From assembly GCA_965112155.1 (NCBI GenBank), contig OZ218099.1: 64,000 nucleotides of DNA, one strand, 5' to 3'. Below, piece by piece: positions 37,255 to 51,391 of this stretch; the first letter of the stretch is position 1, and every line of letters begins with the position of its first letter. Source of the DNA: Podarcis liolepis (taxonomy: Eukaryota). Made by a program: the position numbers and the translations under genes. The notes beneath the pieces are model-generated. The model was not told the DNA's origin. It saw nothing but the letters and a program-made list of their open reading frames with translations, and did no database searches.

Positions 37255-39935
37255 GGCTGCAATGTCACACGGCGGAGCAAAGCAGTGCAAGCCTGAGACT
37301 TGGGAATGAACATGGGGATTGGGGGGCTGGCCTCTCCTGTCTCCCACCTCTGCTCCTCCAGAATGGGGAATGGGGTTAATGCAAATTCCCCACCTCATAG
37401 GAAGCAATAGCTGCAAGGCGCCACTGTAACAGGGTGTCAACGGCCCTGGGAACACCTCCGTTGGGCTGAGGGTGTGACAAGTGAACTAGTTATTATCTGT
37501 TTATTAGCAAAATATATGTCATTATGAGGGAAGGGAGGGAAGGTTTGTGCATTGCCAGGATCTGTGAGGGGATACAGATGTCTACTCTGTGGAGCTCCTT
37601 AGCAGTAGAGGTTTGGCAAGAACCATTCCTGAAACGTGAAAACTGTATTATTTAGACAGTCCTTCACAATCTGCATTTCTCTTTTTAACCAACCAATATC
37701 TATTCATGCTTTGGATTATGTTTCACGCATACTTCTACGGATTTTATATTTTTGTGTGATATATTTTACGAAGGCGCAGATTATAATATTTAAATAAATA
37801 TAAGTCACTCGCCAACTAGGCAAAAATACAGAGCACACATTACAGTGGGCCACACAATCACTCACACACCCAAGCACTGCTCAGTGTGTGATGAGATGAG
37901 CTCTTCCACTCAACCCAACACTGTACCCAGAACTGGATGTCTTGAGCAGGCAACACACAAACAGATGTAGCCTTCATTTCCTTCCCCCTGAGATATCTTT
38001 ATGAGGAAGATCACTTTTGGGTCGTCCACCACTGAATGAGAGTTTTAACACAAGTCACGTGTTCAAATGTGACACACTTTATCCTCTGCCAGATGACACT
38101 TGCCCAGATTTTAAAATGCAACGGAAACCACCTTGGACAGCGCAATCTGTGGCCCCAACTAACACAAGGCATTCTGCAAATCTGGTGATGGGCGGTTTGC
38201 CAACTAAGTGACAGGTAGAACCAGCAATAATGGATGGGCCACTCAGACAGATGGAGCATCTGACTTTGCTCCAGTTCCATTGGCAGGGGGAGATCTCCCA
38301 TAATGATTGCTTTTGCCCCTGAAGTGGCACCCATTGCTGTCGACACACACTTCCAAGGTTTTTTTGGAATACGGCGTGGAGTTCAACTGAGGCCATCCTC
38401 CAGAAGGCACCACTGAGAAAACTTGCTTCATTTAGTTCTCTCCCTGCATAAGGTCCTCTAAGCACAAGCTGTAGAGGTCCACATGCACTGGAATAAATTT
38501 AACTTTGCAATCTCTAAGCCACTTTACTCTACTAAAGCCTGTTTGACATGCTCCGGCCCCTTAATGCAGCAGCCTTTTTGGTTAACAGCTGTCAGCTTCA
38601 TTCTGGCTCCACAAGTGTCACTAGCTCCACCAGCTTGCGTGCCGCACAGAGGACAAGTCCAGGTGTCATCACTCTAATTCCATAAAGATTTTGCCAGCAT
38701 CTGAGATTTCCTTATATTCTAAGCACAACTCATCTCAAAGGGCTCTTAACCTTTCCAAAACCCACTTTCTGCTTGCTGGTTGTTTCAAGGCACTTCTTCT
38801 GTTCTCCAAATATAACAAAGCAATGCAGATGTGGTTCGGGAATAGGGATGACCAAGCCTTATTCTATGGACCAAAAAGCCCAGCTGATGCACTTCAAAAC
38901 TCATAAAACTGGAGCCAAGCCAGGATATGTTTCCATATTTTCACACAAGCTCTGGCAGCACTGCACAATACTCAAAGGAAAATACTGGCCTGAAGATCTG
39001 TGGTGCTAGCTAACAGCAGCTGCTCCAGTTTTGGTCATGCTGTGACAGCAGCTGTTGATCCTATCACAGGTACTAGATAACAGCATCATAGCTGTTTCTC
39101 TTCCTACCTCATTGGTAAAGACTGGAGTCTCTCCAAATAAAGACTGGATGTGTGTGTCCAATTCTCCAGGAAACAATGGGGTTTTGTTGGCAAGAAAATA
39201 TCCAAACACATAGAATTCTATGTGCGGCAGAACAAATAGGCTTAACAAGCAAACACAGAAAAGCATGAGAGATAGCCAGGATACACAAGTGAAAGTGCTT
39301 CTTCACACGATGCAAAAATAATTAAAGAATGTGTGGCCATGCAACTAGTGAGTGCAACAGGGATGGGGAAACTGTAGACCTCCAAATGTTGTTAGACTAC
39401 AGCTTCCATCATCCCTGACCACTGGACAGGCAGGCTGGGGTTGATGTGAGCTGGAGTCCAACAACATCTAGAGGGCACTAGGTTCCCTATTCATCTTGTA
39501 GATGGCTTTTAAAAATTAAATAAATTTATGAATGAATTCCATAATTATCAGTGGATAGGAGCAATAATAATTTCATGGAATGTCTGCATTCAGAGACAGA
39601 GTATCACTGAATGCCAATTGCTAGAAGCAGGTGAGAACAATGCCCAACTGGTGTGCATCCCAGAGGCATCTCGTTCATCATTGTGAGAAGTGGGTTACTA
39701 GAGTAGATGAACCTTTGGTCTGATTTAGCTCAGTTCCTCTTATGGAAAACCTACTCAGCAGCTTAGAGGCAAAGCAGCAAAACAATTCTTCCTATCTCTT
39801 GCTTTTCTGAATACTACCCGGAAAAACAAAGAGGCAGAAACCAGTGCAAAGACACCCACTAGTACAATGTGGATTCCTCCTCTCCACCCAAAGTCCACTC
39901 TGGGGGGTTAAGAGAACCCCCAGAGCAACACAGGG

Positions 39936-40000
<65 letters not shown>
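39936..40000. repeat. (GT)n(GA)n compound microsatellite
   Basis: Read directly. Confidence 0.95.
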
Positions 40001-40003
<3 letters not shown>

Positions 40004-41920
40004 TCATTCCATTGGACAAGCAGAAATGCTCACACTGATGGAATGATCATATTCGCACAATGCTTAATTCCACCTGAAGTTTGTAACAGGGCAAAGTCGA
40101 ATTCAGATTTAGCAATTATCACATTTGGAGCCCGCCACAATATACCTGTTCAAGGCTCCCTGGCTGCGGAATGTGCACAGATCAGAAGAAGCAATATAGA
40201 CAGGGCTCTCCTTGAATGAATGCATGTAGATCAGGGGCAGAATTTGTTACCTCCAAACCTATGCATGTTCAGCAGCCACATGATAAAGGAAAGCATGAGT
40301 GAGACTGAAATGTCTGTTGCAACAGTGTCTCCAAATTTCTTAATAAACATTCAGAAATTCAGAACCCGCTCCTGGATATTTTGTAAATTCAGAGATACGT
40401 ACCTTGCTTGTAGTACCTCTGCTGGCCTGACCGGGCATCTGGGCCACAGCAGTGGGAATAATATAGCTAATTCAATTTGAGCCCAAGTTTTTGAAGCAAG
40501 TCAAGTTCACAGTTGGCTGAGTTGGCTAGAATTCCAGATTCCAGGGCTTGGAGTTTGGTTTTCTACTCTGCCCTTCAGAGTAGAAACAGCAGCAGCAACA
40601 ACAATGGGTGTTGTGTTGCCTTAAAGATTAACAAGTGCAAACGTGCCAAAGACCTCTAATCCTCTAGAAGTGATCCAGAAGCCCTGTGCCTTCAGGTTCC
40701 TTGCCATCCCTTCTCAAGAAGAAGATGGAAAGACCACATGGGGGAAAGGATGGGGCACTGCATTCCTCAAAGGCAAAGCTCAGATTTTATTCGCAGGTCA
40801 GAAGAAGAAAAAACTTGATCGCAAATCCTGGCTCCTTTTAGCCACCCATATAAGAAGCAGAGTGTGTGCCCCGCTCCCTGGCCCAACTACAACAATGCCC
40901 TTTTGGCTGGCTAGTTGTAGGGGGAAGCACTGATGTGGAAGTTGCCCACAGGTCAGCTGCTGCGCAGAACCCAGAGGAAGGGACTGAGCAAGTGAAATGG
41001 GAAGAAACTCCTACAGATGTGCTACGTTTTGGAATTGAGTGACACCTGTTACTTCAACAAAAGAATCAGAACACAAGTGATAAGTCTGGATGGCAGCATG
41101 CTCAGCTAACACATCCACATGTTCTCCTTCCGTTCGCAGAACCTTTCTTTGGGAAAGAGATGCCAATGCCCTTGAGATACTGGGAAAGGTGGAGGCAAGT
41201 CCAGCACTGGCTTCCACTAAATTCTGATGATTGGAAGACAAATGTGGGAGCCTCGTCTGCTTGCATGGCTGCTGTGTCCCTGCTCCTGCTGTGGTCTGGA
41301 GCAAGGGCTCACCCTATTCAGTGCACAGTGGGGTGGGGGGAGACAGACTTACAATGGAAAGCTCTGGCAAGCGCTAGTCATTAATGCCTTATCTTCGAGA
41401 GCAGCCTCACACCGGGAGCTTCAAACTTCACTCCGCTCCCAGCTCTTTCATCCCACCGCCAGAGACGCAAAACAGCAGTGTCAGCAGCAGGAGCCTCGTG
41501 CATGTGTGTGCATTCTAAGGCAAGCACGGCTGCAATGCTTCCCTCGGCCTGCATCCAGCTCAGGGTGGCTGAAAGAGTCGGGAGCTGCTAGGCTTGCAAG
41601 ATTGTGCTAAGGCGAGTCACCCCTGGCCACGCAAAGGGGAGAGAGCCGTGCCACGTTTTATTCCATTCCACACTTCACCAGCCTCTCCGTCTGCACTGGG
41701 GTGGTGTAAGGAAAGTGGGACACTTCTTCTGAAAGGGGAATACTTGCTGTTGAAGTCACAACCTGCAGCAGGGGTGCATGCAGTTGCACGGGTGCAAGGG
41801 TGCGCTTGCAGTCCTACAATTTTTTGTGCATCTCAGATGGACAAAGGAAGAGAGTAATACCACAGTGGTGCAGGGAGTTCAGAATCAGTCACCTGATTAT
41901 CTCCAAAACTAACCCACTGA

Positions 41921-42143
41921 TGGTACCTCGGGTTACAGACACTTCAGGTTACAGACTCCGCTAACCCAGAAATAATACCTCGGGTTAAGAACTTTGCTTC
42001 AGGATGAGAACAGAAATCACGCAGTGGCAGCACGGCAGCAGCAGGAGGCCCCATTAGCTAAAGCGGTATCTCAGGTTAAGAACAGTTTCAGGTTAAGAAC
42101 AGACCTCCGGAACGAATTAAGTTCTTAACCCGAGGTACCACTG
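41921..42143 (-). mobile_element. CAGTGGTACC MITE (orientation B), left TIR clipped
   Basis: Similar to 29885-30129. Confidence 0.88.
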
Positions 42144-42418
42144 TATTTGTGAGTGCTACACTGTCACAGTTGCTGTTGCAAGCTGCTGAGAAGGAGGCAA
42201 GCCAGATCTGGTATGTCCAAGCTAAACCACTGTTTCTCGCTAGTCAGCTATTATGCTCCTTAGCTTAAACTCAGGTTCTCCAGGACTTTGGCCTGCCTGC
42301 AGCATCTCCCAGATGTTCTGCCTTAGAGGTGCTCTGAAACATGGATTTGCACATAATTCTTGGCCATTTTCGAAGTACTGTAACAAAATGCAATGAATAG
42401 CACTTGGTCCCTTTTTAC

Positions 42419-42525
42419 CTGTATTGTGCCTGGAAGTGGTTCTGCACAAAGCTCTGGCCCTTTAGCGGCTGGGCGGCTGGCTGAGCACTTGCATTATTGG
42501 AGCCCTCTTCCTGCCCAGATGGAAG
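42419..42525 (-). CDS. USP43: USP43 exon (~3): LPSGQEEGSNNASAQPAAQPLKGQSFVQNHFQAQY(R)
   Basis: ttctctgcag acceptor, AG|gtaaaa donor, 107 nt, phase 0 to 2. Confidence 0.92.
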
Positions 42526-45500
42526 CTGCAGAGAAAATAAGAGAGCACAGTTGAGTTACAGGACTGGGGAGCCTGCCCCCCCCCTCCAGATCTTGTTGGA
42601 CTACAACTCCCGACATTCCACCTGCCACTGGAAACACTTCCCAAAACAAACATTCTCCCAATGGACACTCAGCCAAATCTGCCATCATAGTTCTGCCTTC
42701 TTAACACTGTTTTAAAATGTGGGTTCTTCCAGCTCGTTGTCCCTGCTTTCCTCCCACCTTCTCTCCCTGCCCTTCCATCACCACCACATTTCTCTCGCTT
42801 TTTCACATCTCCCACTCCCTTTCAGCAGCAAAATCACATCTAAAAGGGGGAATAGAGAGAGTTGGTTAGGTGACCGTGTTTGCTAACAGGCATTTAAAAA
42901 AAAAAAAAAGAATTCTGGCAGGGTTCTGTTTTGATGGGTTTTCATAAACATACACATTTTTTTGTCCTGCTCTGTGAAGTTGTTTGGATGAGAGAAGAGG
43001 GTGCAAAAGCTCAATTACCAGCTTTAAGGTGTTTGGGAATCTTTCACTCTCTCCTCATTAAATCAGGGAGAAGCAGGCAGAGCCAGCACCTGCCAGTCCC
43101 AGAACAGGACAAACACATTTTGTTGCACACAGTGTGACAACAAAGGAATAAAAAAAATAATAATCTGCAAATAAAGCAGGCTGGTTGGTCTCCCTAGGGA
43201 CTAGAAAGGGACACCTGGTCAAGCCCTATTCTTAGTAGAATGTATACTAAGCCGAAGCATGCAAGCAACTTTTGCCACCCGAGTCCAGGACCAGTCAGTG
43301 GAATCCTATACTATAGCCTTCCATGTGGATGGACCAACATTCCCATCAACCATTGGCCACTGGCTTATGGAAGAACAGGTCCCCCACCCTTGCTACATTA
43401 CCATTGTTCTGTGGCTATTGTTTCCAACAAACTGTTTCTGCATGGTCAAGGCTCCATTTTGCAATGGAAGCATATGCCAGTGACACTTCTGCCTGGGGCT
43501 TACACAAACACACTAATCTAAGTGCTACCAGCATGGGAAGTCACTGTACAATCTGGGAGATCTGCACGGTTGCCCCTTGCTGTGACACGGTGCTCTGAAC
43601 ATGCAAGCAGGCTTTTTCAGCAGCCGCTGCTGGGCTGTAATAGTAATCTGAATTGGGCCTCAGTGACCTCACGGCTCAGGAAGCAAGGCTGCCCGCACCT
43701 GCCCCCTCCTATTAAGACAAAGGAGATTTAACATTTTAATGGATTTCTCAAACGTAGCAGGATGGAAGGAAAAGAATTCATGATGCTATTAATCAAACCA
43801 TTTGCCCTGTCTGGAAAAGTGCCCCCCCCCCCATGAAAGCAAAGGAGAGAATTTCTCTTGATACGCAAGGAAGAACAACAGAATAGGAGGGTAATAGCTC
43901 CCAGACTCTAGGAAGCAAGGAGATTTCCCTAAAATGAGAGTTGATCTCCTAACATGGTGACACATTGGCTCAAAGAGAAGTGCAAGAACTCAGTTATCTA
44001 GTCTGTATTTTAATGAATGCTTTGTCATCTTTCAAATCATGCTGTTAGCCACACAAGATGAGTTTTTTATTATTGATAAAGTGAAGTAAACATTTTTTAA
44101 AATTAAAGAAAAACCTAATGGTTATGTTCTTTGGAAGATTATTATTAGGGGATCCTCCAAGCAAAAGTTCACAATTCTGGACAATGTATTTGAAAGGTAT
44201 CTTGCTCCTATCAAGTCCCCCTTGCCATGCAAAGAAGCAGAAGAGGGTGTTGGGTGTGCTGCAGAGTAAAATTCATGCAAGTAAACAATGAAGCCCATGA
44301 GAACAGTATGATTCTTGACTGCACCTCACACTTCCTGCAATGCAAAGGGTCCCTCTAGAAGCATCTCACTGTGGTAAGGCTTCTCAGAAGGTTGGTAGCT
44401 TGGACACTGTTGACCTAATATTGGTTCTCATGATGAGACCTGAGTAGAGGGGACTTATTCCAAAGGACTATCAGGAGAATTAAAGTGCAAGGGTGTACCA
44501 AGATCCTTTAAGATTCTCCTCGCTTCTCTGTTACATTTTTTCCTGGACTGTCATTTGTTGAGGTGGGGAGGGGTGAAGATGGCTATTCCATCCCTCCATT
44601 TTATCAAGTCCTTAAACTTTGGCATCCCTGTGTTGTGGAAACAGCCTCAGCCATCAAACAACTGCCACAAACAGCAGAGAACTAAAGCCGCCTTCACTTC
44701 ATCAGATGCAAAAGAGGACATGGGTCCTGCACCTTTAATAGTAGACAATTCCCACTTCTCCACTAGAACACCAAGATGAATGTCCTCTCTTGCATCTGAC
44801 CACCAGCACTCCTAAAGGGTCACAGAAGAGTTTAGCCTTTCTGCATGGCCCACATTCCATAAGAAGAACTTTCTCCTAAGGGAGAATTCAAGAGATGAAA
44901 CTTAGCTGAGTGTGGGTGCAGCCACCCTCCCAACGCCAGCATTGCTTAATGCTTATTTGGGTGGAGCACGCTTGGAACTCTGCAGATGTGCCAATGAAGC
45001 CCACATGCCCACCCCACCCACACGCCCAACCCCATCGCCATCCTGCCCCATCCAGCTAAGCTGCAACAATGCCAGTGTACAGATGGCAGATCCACCATCA
45101 CCTGAGTCACTACAGCATGCAGAAGACCTTACGCTGCAGAGAGGCAAGTCACACCGACATCTACCCAAGAGGCGTATTCTACAACGGTCACCTCAGAACC
45201 AGAGAGTGCTGTCACTTGAGCCAGTCCAGGGATGACTCAAAAAACAGGAACACCCTGGCACCTGAACAGAAAGCAAATCATGCCCCACTTTTTTAACGGT
45301 CCAGGTAGGTAAGCACAGAGAGGAGCTGTGTCATTTCCATTGAGAGATCAGCTGGCTTTAGCTCTCTGTCAGCTGTTGCCTAACAGCAGCTGTTCCAGCA
45401 GACTTCCTGAATTGTTTCCACCCCACCTGGTCATTATAAGAACTATAATTTAAAATACTGCTGCCTGAGATTATTTTTTCCTCCTCCCTCCCCATTCACA

Positions 45501-45755
45501 GGAACATAGGAAACTACCTCATACTGAGTCAGTGTTTAATACATAATACAGTCCTTATCTGGCCGGATCTGGAACTTCACAATATCTGGACATGGCTTCA
45601 ATTTTGCATCTCAATTTGATACATTTTTTCCTAGTTCTGACTATGTCAAGCTGGGGTGTACCACTCCAGACTGCAAATTGGGAGCTCACACAACTGAATG
45701 CGGAGGATTTCCGCACCTTAAAGTGTTCCCTTCTGACCAGGGAATAGGCACTTGC

Positions 45756-46368
45756 TGTCACAGACTGGCTGGAGGAACCAGCTGGGAAACCCTCAAAGGA
45801 AGGCGGCTCAGAGCCAGGGGACTGGTGGTGGGATAACGATGAGTGGTCAGAGGGTGAAGACTTGGAGAAGCTGCCTGAGGCTGAAGAGGTAACAGGGATT
45901 AGTGAGGGAGGAGTTGGAGAGACTGTTGCAAAGAGAAGTCCAGAATCAGAGGCAAAAGCTCAAATAGGAGAGGAGGGAGGCCAAGAGGCAGAGATGAATC
46001 TGGCTGTTGAAGATACACAGGTGTCTCCCTCTCCTGCTGCAACAAGCTCCTCTCCCCCATGGTCTCCCAGAACCAGGAGAAGCATAAAGTGGGCAGAGGA
46101 GAAGTTAGCTTCATACAGGCATAGTGTCAGAGTGCTTGGGGAAAACCCTGGAGAGAAGGGGACTTAGGCAGCTGTGGGGAGTTGGGGACCTTCAGTCTCT
46201 GCAACTGCTTCATGGGGACAAGACCTGCCAGAGAAGAGTTGCTCTGCTCAGCTGGCCTGACATCCTGTGCAAATGCTTTTCTTTCTTTTTTTCTAGTAAA
46301 GAGTTAACTCCAATTTGCTCAATGTAGTTTCCTGCTGGCTTGCTCCTGTCACTTACTGAGACCCTTAA
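45756..46368 (+). mobile_element. Probable solo LTR (Gypsy-like); 3' boundary uncertain (about 46351-46369)
   Basis: Starts TGTCA; purine-rich body; AGTAAA poly(A)-like signal near 46295; about 600 bp; TSD not clean. Confidence 0.6.
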
Positions 46369-46846
46369 ATATATCCCCTGTTGAATTAAGCTTCATGGAT
46401 GCCCCTTATGCAACAGGGCAGTTATGTCTTGCTTCATTTTATTGCTTAAGTACAACTTTGGGTTGCAAGAATACAGTGGCTGTGGCAACTTATGAAACTG
46501 ACTTTTGTATGCTTAACAAAGCTTTGCCTGGAGATACAATCTCCAAAACAACCTTTGGGAGTTTAGCCAAGATTAGCCCAAAATTACACAATTACGGGAG
46601 GTCACTGCTGAATGCCACTTTGTGTTTGCTCCCTTTCAAAGGGGACTTTCTGTCTTCCCGTCAGCTTGACCCACATCCAACGCAACCGAGCTACAGGTGC
46701 GTAGGTGAGAAGGGGTTGGGTTACTGCCTGGCCGCGGGCCCATAACAATTGTTCCATTCCTGGAACAAGACGGAGTGTCCTTTCCTTCCTGAAATTGCAT
46801 AACACCTTTAGCTTAAGGCAGTTTAAGTCAGCTCTAATACTTTGTG

Positions 46847-47217
46847 CAGAGGTGTACCTAGGGTCCCTTGCACCTCCAGCAAGGAGCTATATTGGTGGGA
46901 CACAGACCCCCGGGGGGGAAATCTAAGAAGCAGGCAAGGTTGCCTGGACAGGAGGAACATGCCTCTTCAGGGCTGGATGTGGCTCTCTGCCTGCAAGCCA
47001 CTCCAATGTCCACTTTCCTTTCCTCCTGCAGCAGTAGCAGCTTTTCTTGCTGGAGATTCCTTCTGTGGGCAAAGCAGCGACGGGGTTTCTGAGCCAGTGG
47101 GGGCACTCCAGATGTCATGAGAGGACTCCAATACCTGACAGGTGATTTTTGTGTCCCACCGCCTGGGCCTGCACCCCTGGTAGGGGCTGGTTTTGCCAAC
47201 CCCTAGGTACACCTCTG
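46847..47217. mobile_element. hAT non-autonomous element
   Basis: Perfect 17-bp TIR cagaggtgtacctaggg; 8-bp TSD actttgtg at 46839 and 47218. Confidence 0.9.
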
Positions 47218-49888
47218 ACTTTGTGATTACTTCTTTCATCTTGCCTGTTTGTCATTCCACTTCCAAATAAACAGCCTCTAATCAGAGCCGTAGCTTGGGG
47301 GGGCAGATTTTGCCCTGAGTGAATCCTCCAAAGTGGCACCAGCCTGTGTGTATGCAAAGACACAGAGGGGGGGACCAAACTGGGTCTTTGACCAGGGTGA
47401 AAATGAGCCTAGTTTCGTCCCTGCTTTAATAAAAAGACTCCTGATCTTGCCTGCTGATTCATGGGGCATGACCCCAATCTTAGAAACTTAACCACCAGCC
47501 TTGCATGCTGTGGTGATCCTAAATATTAAAGGTTTGAAAATACAAATGCACCCACTAAGAGACAAGGGATGCCTAGCCTTCTCAGCCCCCAAGTGTCTCC
47601 AGGATGGTCTACCTGCTTGGGTTTCTTAACTAATAGATCTCAACAAAATCTTGGTCTGAAGGCTCCTTTGGCTGGGGCTTGCTCACTCCCTATTGTGTTT
47701 ACTCTGGCACAGTCAGAGCCAAACTACATAACACCTTTCAATCACATGGTTTGCCCTTGAGTGCAAGGCTCACAAGAGTTTTCCTCCACCAAGAGCCAGC
47801 ATGGTGGACCAATACAGATCAGGAACCTGGGATGGGGGTGGAGAAGCAGCAGTGGCAGAAACAGCTTACAATGACCATGGCACGTGTCGGCAGTAGCAGT
47901 GACAACCTGCAAGGCCTCATGGCGGCGGCACAATCGCCACCACGACATGGCTTTGCAGGCGGCTGCCACTTCTGCCACTGCCCACTCCTGTGGCGAGGGT
48001 TTGCAGGCTGCTGATTATTGTGCCACTGCTGCCAGGCTGCTGCTGCTGCCCTTTCCCTGCCATTGTTGATTCTGCCATCACCAGGCTGCTACCACTTCTG
48101 TCGCCTAGCAGGTCTGCTGGCAGTCTGGCAGTCCCAGATTATTTGTATTCACTATGACTCACCACCATACGCTGGCTTGCCCTGAATACCACCATTTGGT
48201 AGCCAAGCCCAAAACCCAAAGTCCTATTGGGATGCATTTTGGCTTGCCTGCTGCTGATAGTGTCCATGAGGTGATTGATAATATCATCATTTATCAGTTT
48301 TATACCCTTATGTAGTAGCATTTGCCAGGACATTGTCCTGCTCACCTCTGAGTGGTGCCTTCCTTATTTCAGATATCGTGCTATGTCAATATATTGTGAT
48401 GTTTAGCTGGTGATATATCACAATACTGAAAACCAGTTATCGCCCAGCCCTAATAAGCAGTATATTTGTTATAATGATGAAACAGATGGCACAGGCTGAG
48501 TGGAGAGACAAGTATCCATTAGTACACCACAAGCTGTTGCCTGAAATGGTCAAAGTCCTCCAGTAAAAAGAACTGAAGGCTTGATCTTTACTACAGCTCC
48601 ATGTGCTAGTTCCCATCAAAGTGAGGTGTGGTATCAGGATACCATCTTTCCTGTGCAACTCCCTGCCCTTGAGGCTTACTACTCCGCACAACAGCACATT
48701 GTTTATCCCCTTGCCTTTCAATTATCATTCTGTTCCTTGGAGTCTGTCGTTATACACTTTTACATGTGGCTGCTGCCTTTGAAAGGCATTTGGATACTGC
48801 AGGTGGTACAGAATGCTGTTAGCAGGCCACTGCTGGGGGCCAGCACTGGCTGCCAGTTTGTTTCTGTGCACATCCAAAGTGCTGCTTTTAAAGCTCTAAA
48901 ACAGAGGTACCTTACCTATGGCCTTCCATATGCTGTTGGACTACAACTCTCATCATCTTTGGCCATTGACCATGCTGACTGGGGCTGATGGGAGTTGGAG
49001 TCCAGTGACATCTGGAGGGCTACTGGTTCCCCAGTCCCTGCTGCTTGTTCCCATATGATTACGCCTGCCCGTGGAGGTCCTCAGGAGTTGCATACGCAGG
49101 ACAGGGCCTACTTCGTTGTAGCAACCAGCCTTTGGGAGATTCTTCCCTGTCAATTTTCAAGAAACTGGTGGAGATCATCCTGTTTTAACAGGCCTGCATC
49201 ATGGGCTGATTTGCTCCCTTGCCCAGATTGCTGGTTATTGCTGATGCCAACTGCTTCTGCCTCTCAATTTTATGCTGCTCGATTTTATTGTGTTTACTGT
49301 TTTACCAATACATCACACAAATATGCACATATTGTACTTTGTAATTGTCACATGCTGGTTTGGGAGCTGCTTTGGCCAAACAATGGCTTCTACATTCAAA
49401 TACAAATAAATAAATATAAATGCAAAGTATGTGCGCAAACAGCATGTCAGCTGCTGCCAGCAAGATGCATTAGTCAGCTTACCAAATTACAGCCCATCCA
49501 CGTTTTAACAACTAGGCTGATAACGCCAGTTATACTAGCTAATTACTACACAGCAAGAGGTAATTTGGGCGCATTGCAGCTGAACACAAACACCCCCACC
49601 TGCCTGCATTTTACATGCATATGTGAGCTTGTGCATACACACACAGTGGGAGTGAGGTTGTGGGGCTGATGATAGCTGGTGTCTGCATGGGATTACTGGC
49701 CTGGAATGACGACTCTTACTGAAGATGAACTTTAAGGTGGTCCTTAGCCAAATTCTCTTAACTTTTTAATCTGACATGATAGCTACCACTATGCACCATC
49801 ACTCAGGGCTCATTTCCAGGGTGCAAATACCTAAGAGAACGCATATGTCCCAGCATGTTCAGGGCAACCCCACCCACCTCACCTGAGT

Positions 49889-50222
49889 GACCATTAGGTC
49901 CAGTCATGGCCGACTCTGGGGTTGTGGCGCTCATCTCGCTTTATTGGCTGAGGGAGCCGGCGTACAGCTTCCAGGTCATGTGGCCAGCATGACTAAGCCG
50001 CTTCTGGTGAACCAGAGCAGCGCATGGAAACACCGTTTACCTTCCTGCCGGAGCGGCACCTATTTATCTACTTGCACTTTGACGTGCTTTCGAACTGCTA
50101 GGTTGGCAGGAGCAGGGACCAAGCAATGGGAGCTCACCCTGTCACGGGGATTCGAACCGCCAACCTTCTGATCGGCAAGCCCTAGGCTCTGTGGTTTAAC
50201 CCACAATGGCACCCGCGTCCCT
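49889..50222 (-). mobile_element. Sauria SINE without its ACCTTT tail
   Basis: Similar to 2682-3039; TSD cctcacctgagt at 49877-49888 and 50223-50234. Confidence 0.92.
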
Positions 50223-51016
50223 CCTCACCTGAGTAGTCAGGTCTTTTTCCACAGCTCCTTTCCCTCAGGTTCCAGGTAATAATAATAATTTATATGCCAC
50301 CCATCTAACTGGGTTGCCCCAGCCACTCTGGGCAGCTCCCCCCCCCCAAAAATAGTAAAAGCACAATACGACATCACACACTAAAAGCTTCCCTGAACAG
50401 GACTGCCTTCACACACCAAGAGCCTAGCACACAACATACCAAGGCTCCACAAAAAAGCACGTAAGGGCTACGCACATTTCCAAGCACCTACTAAACTGCA
50501 AAAGCTGTGTGCTATCCAGAAAGAAAGGTGTGTGGAACAAGTGCAGTCATGGGTTTCACAATGCCATTCAGGGAACTTCCCTCAAAACAAAGCCCTTGTC
50601 AGAGCCAGTGGAATCAGGAAGGTCACTGTGCACAATGGACAGTGTCTGGAAAAGCAGAGATTTTCCACACAGAGAGAAAATGCCCGGCCTTAATCTGGTC
50701 ACTTTTAGGTGGAAGGCCCAATGGCTTCTTCTCAGCCATCAGAATCTAGAACGACCAGCTCTAGGACAAGGATGAGGAGCCTGCAGCATTCCCTAGTGTT
50801 GCTGGACTACAATTCCCATCATCCCTCATTACTGGATGGGGAGTCATCGAGTCCAACAACATGAGGTTTCTCACCCCTACTCTAAGAGAATATAGGTGGC
50901 CAGTCCATGATTCCTGCTCTCACAGAAATGAAGAGCCACTGAGAGAAAAAACCATGCTTCAAGAGAACAAGATAGGAATCTGCTCAAAGAGAGGGCCAGA
51001 AGCACACAGAATAAAT

Positions 51017-51391
51017 TAATGAATGTTAGAATGATGTTGGATTGAAGTTAAGTGGTTTTTAGTAGCAACGTTACAAAGGAATATGTAAAAATGGATTGTT
51101 AACAGGTGATAATCTAAAGTTATAATATATTAAGATAAAATCAAAGAGGGAAAGGATTTGCTGAATTAACGAATTGAACTGGAATACAAAAAAGGGAGGT
51201 GTGAGGAGGTCAGGGAAACAAGTAAATGAAGGATAAGACATGGAAAGATTGATTTGTTTTTAACTGTTTTTAATTTTCTGTATTTTGTATTTTTTCATTT
51301 CCTTTTTTTCTTTTTTCTTTTTTTCTTTTTTTCCTTTTCTTATTTTGGTAACCTTTTCTGAAACTTTAATAAATATCTTTAAAAAAAGCAA
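51017..51391 (+). mobile_element. L1-like 3' UTR fragment
   Basis: T-rich tract, AATAAA, oligo(A); 20-bp TSD cagaag(ca/tg)cacagaataaat at 50997-51016 and 51392-51411. Confidence 0.72.

Larger units (their letters stand above)
1..42525 (-). other. USP43: Ubiquitin-specific peptidase 43 gene, partial (11 coding exons in the window; both ends outside it)
   Basis: Exons splice in frame into a USP catalytic domain. QVLQQGMVKLSLWTLPDILIIHLKRF, FGPP.L.REDRA and SFVQ.HFQAQYR match my recollection of USP43 better than USP31. Exon numbers below assume human-like numbering. Confidence 0.92.

Noticed and set aside
48995-49669. 224-aa ORF, the longest in the track
   Set aside because: It runs through MITE and decayed L2 fragments, has a non-ATG start and shows no coherent protein.
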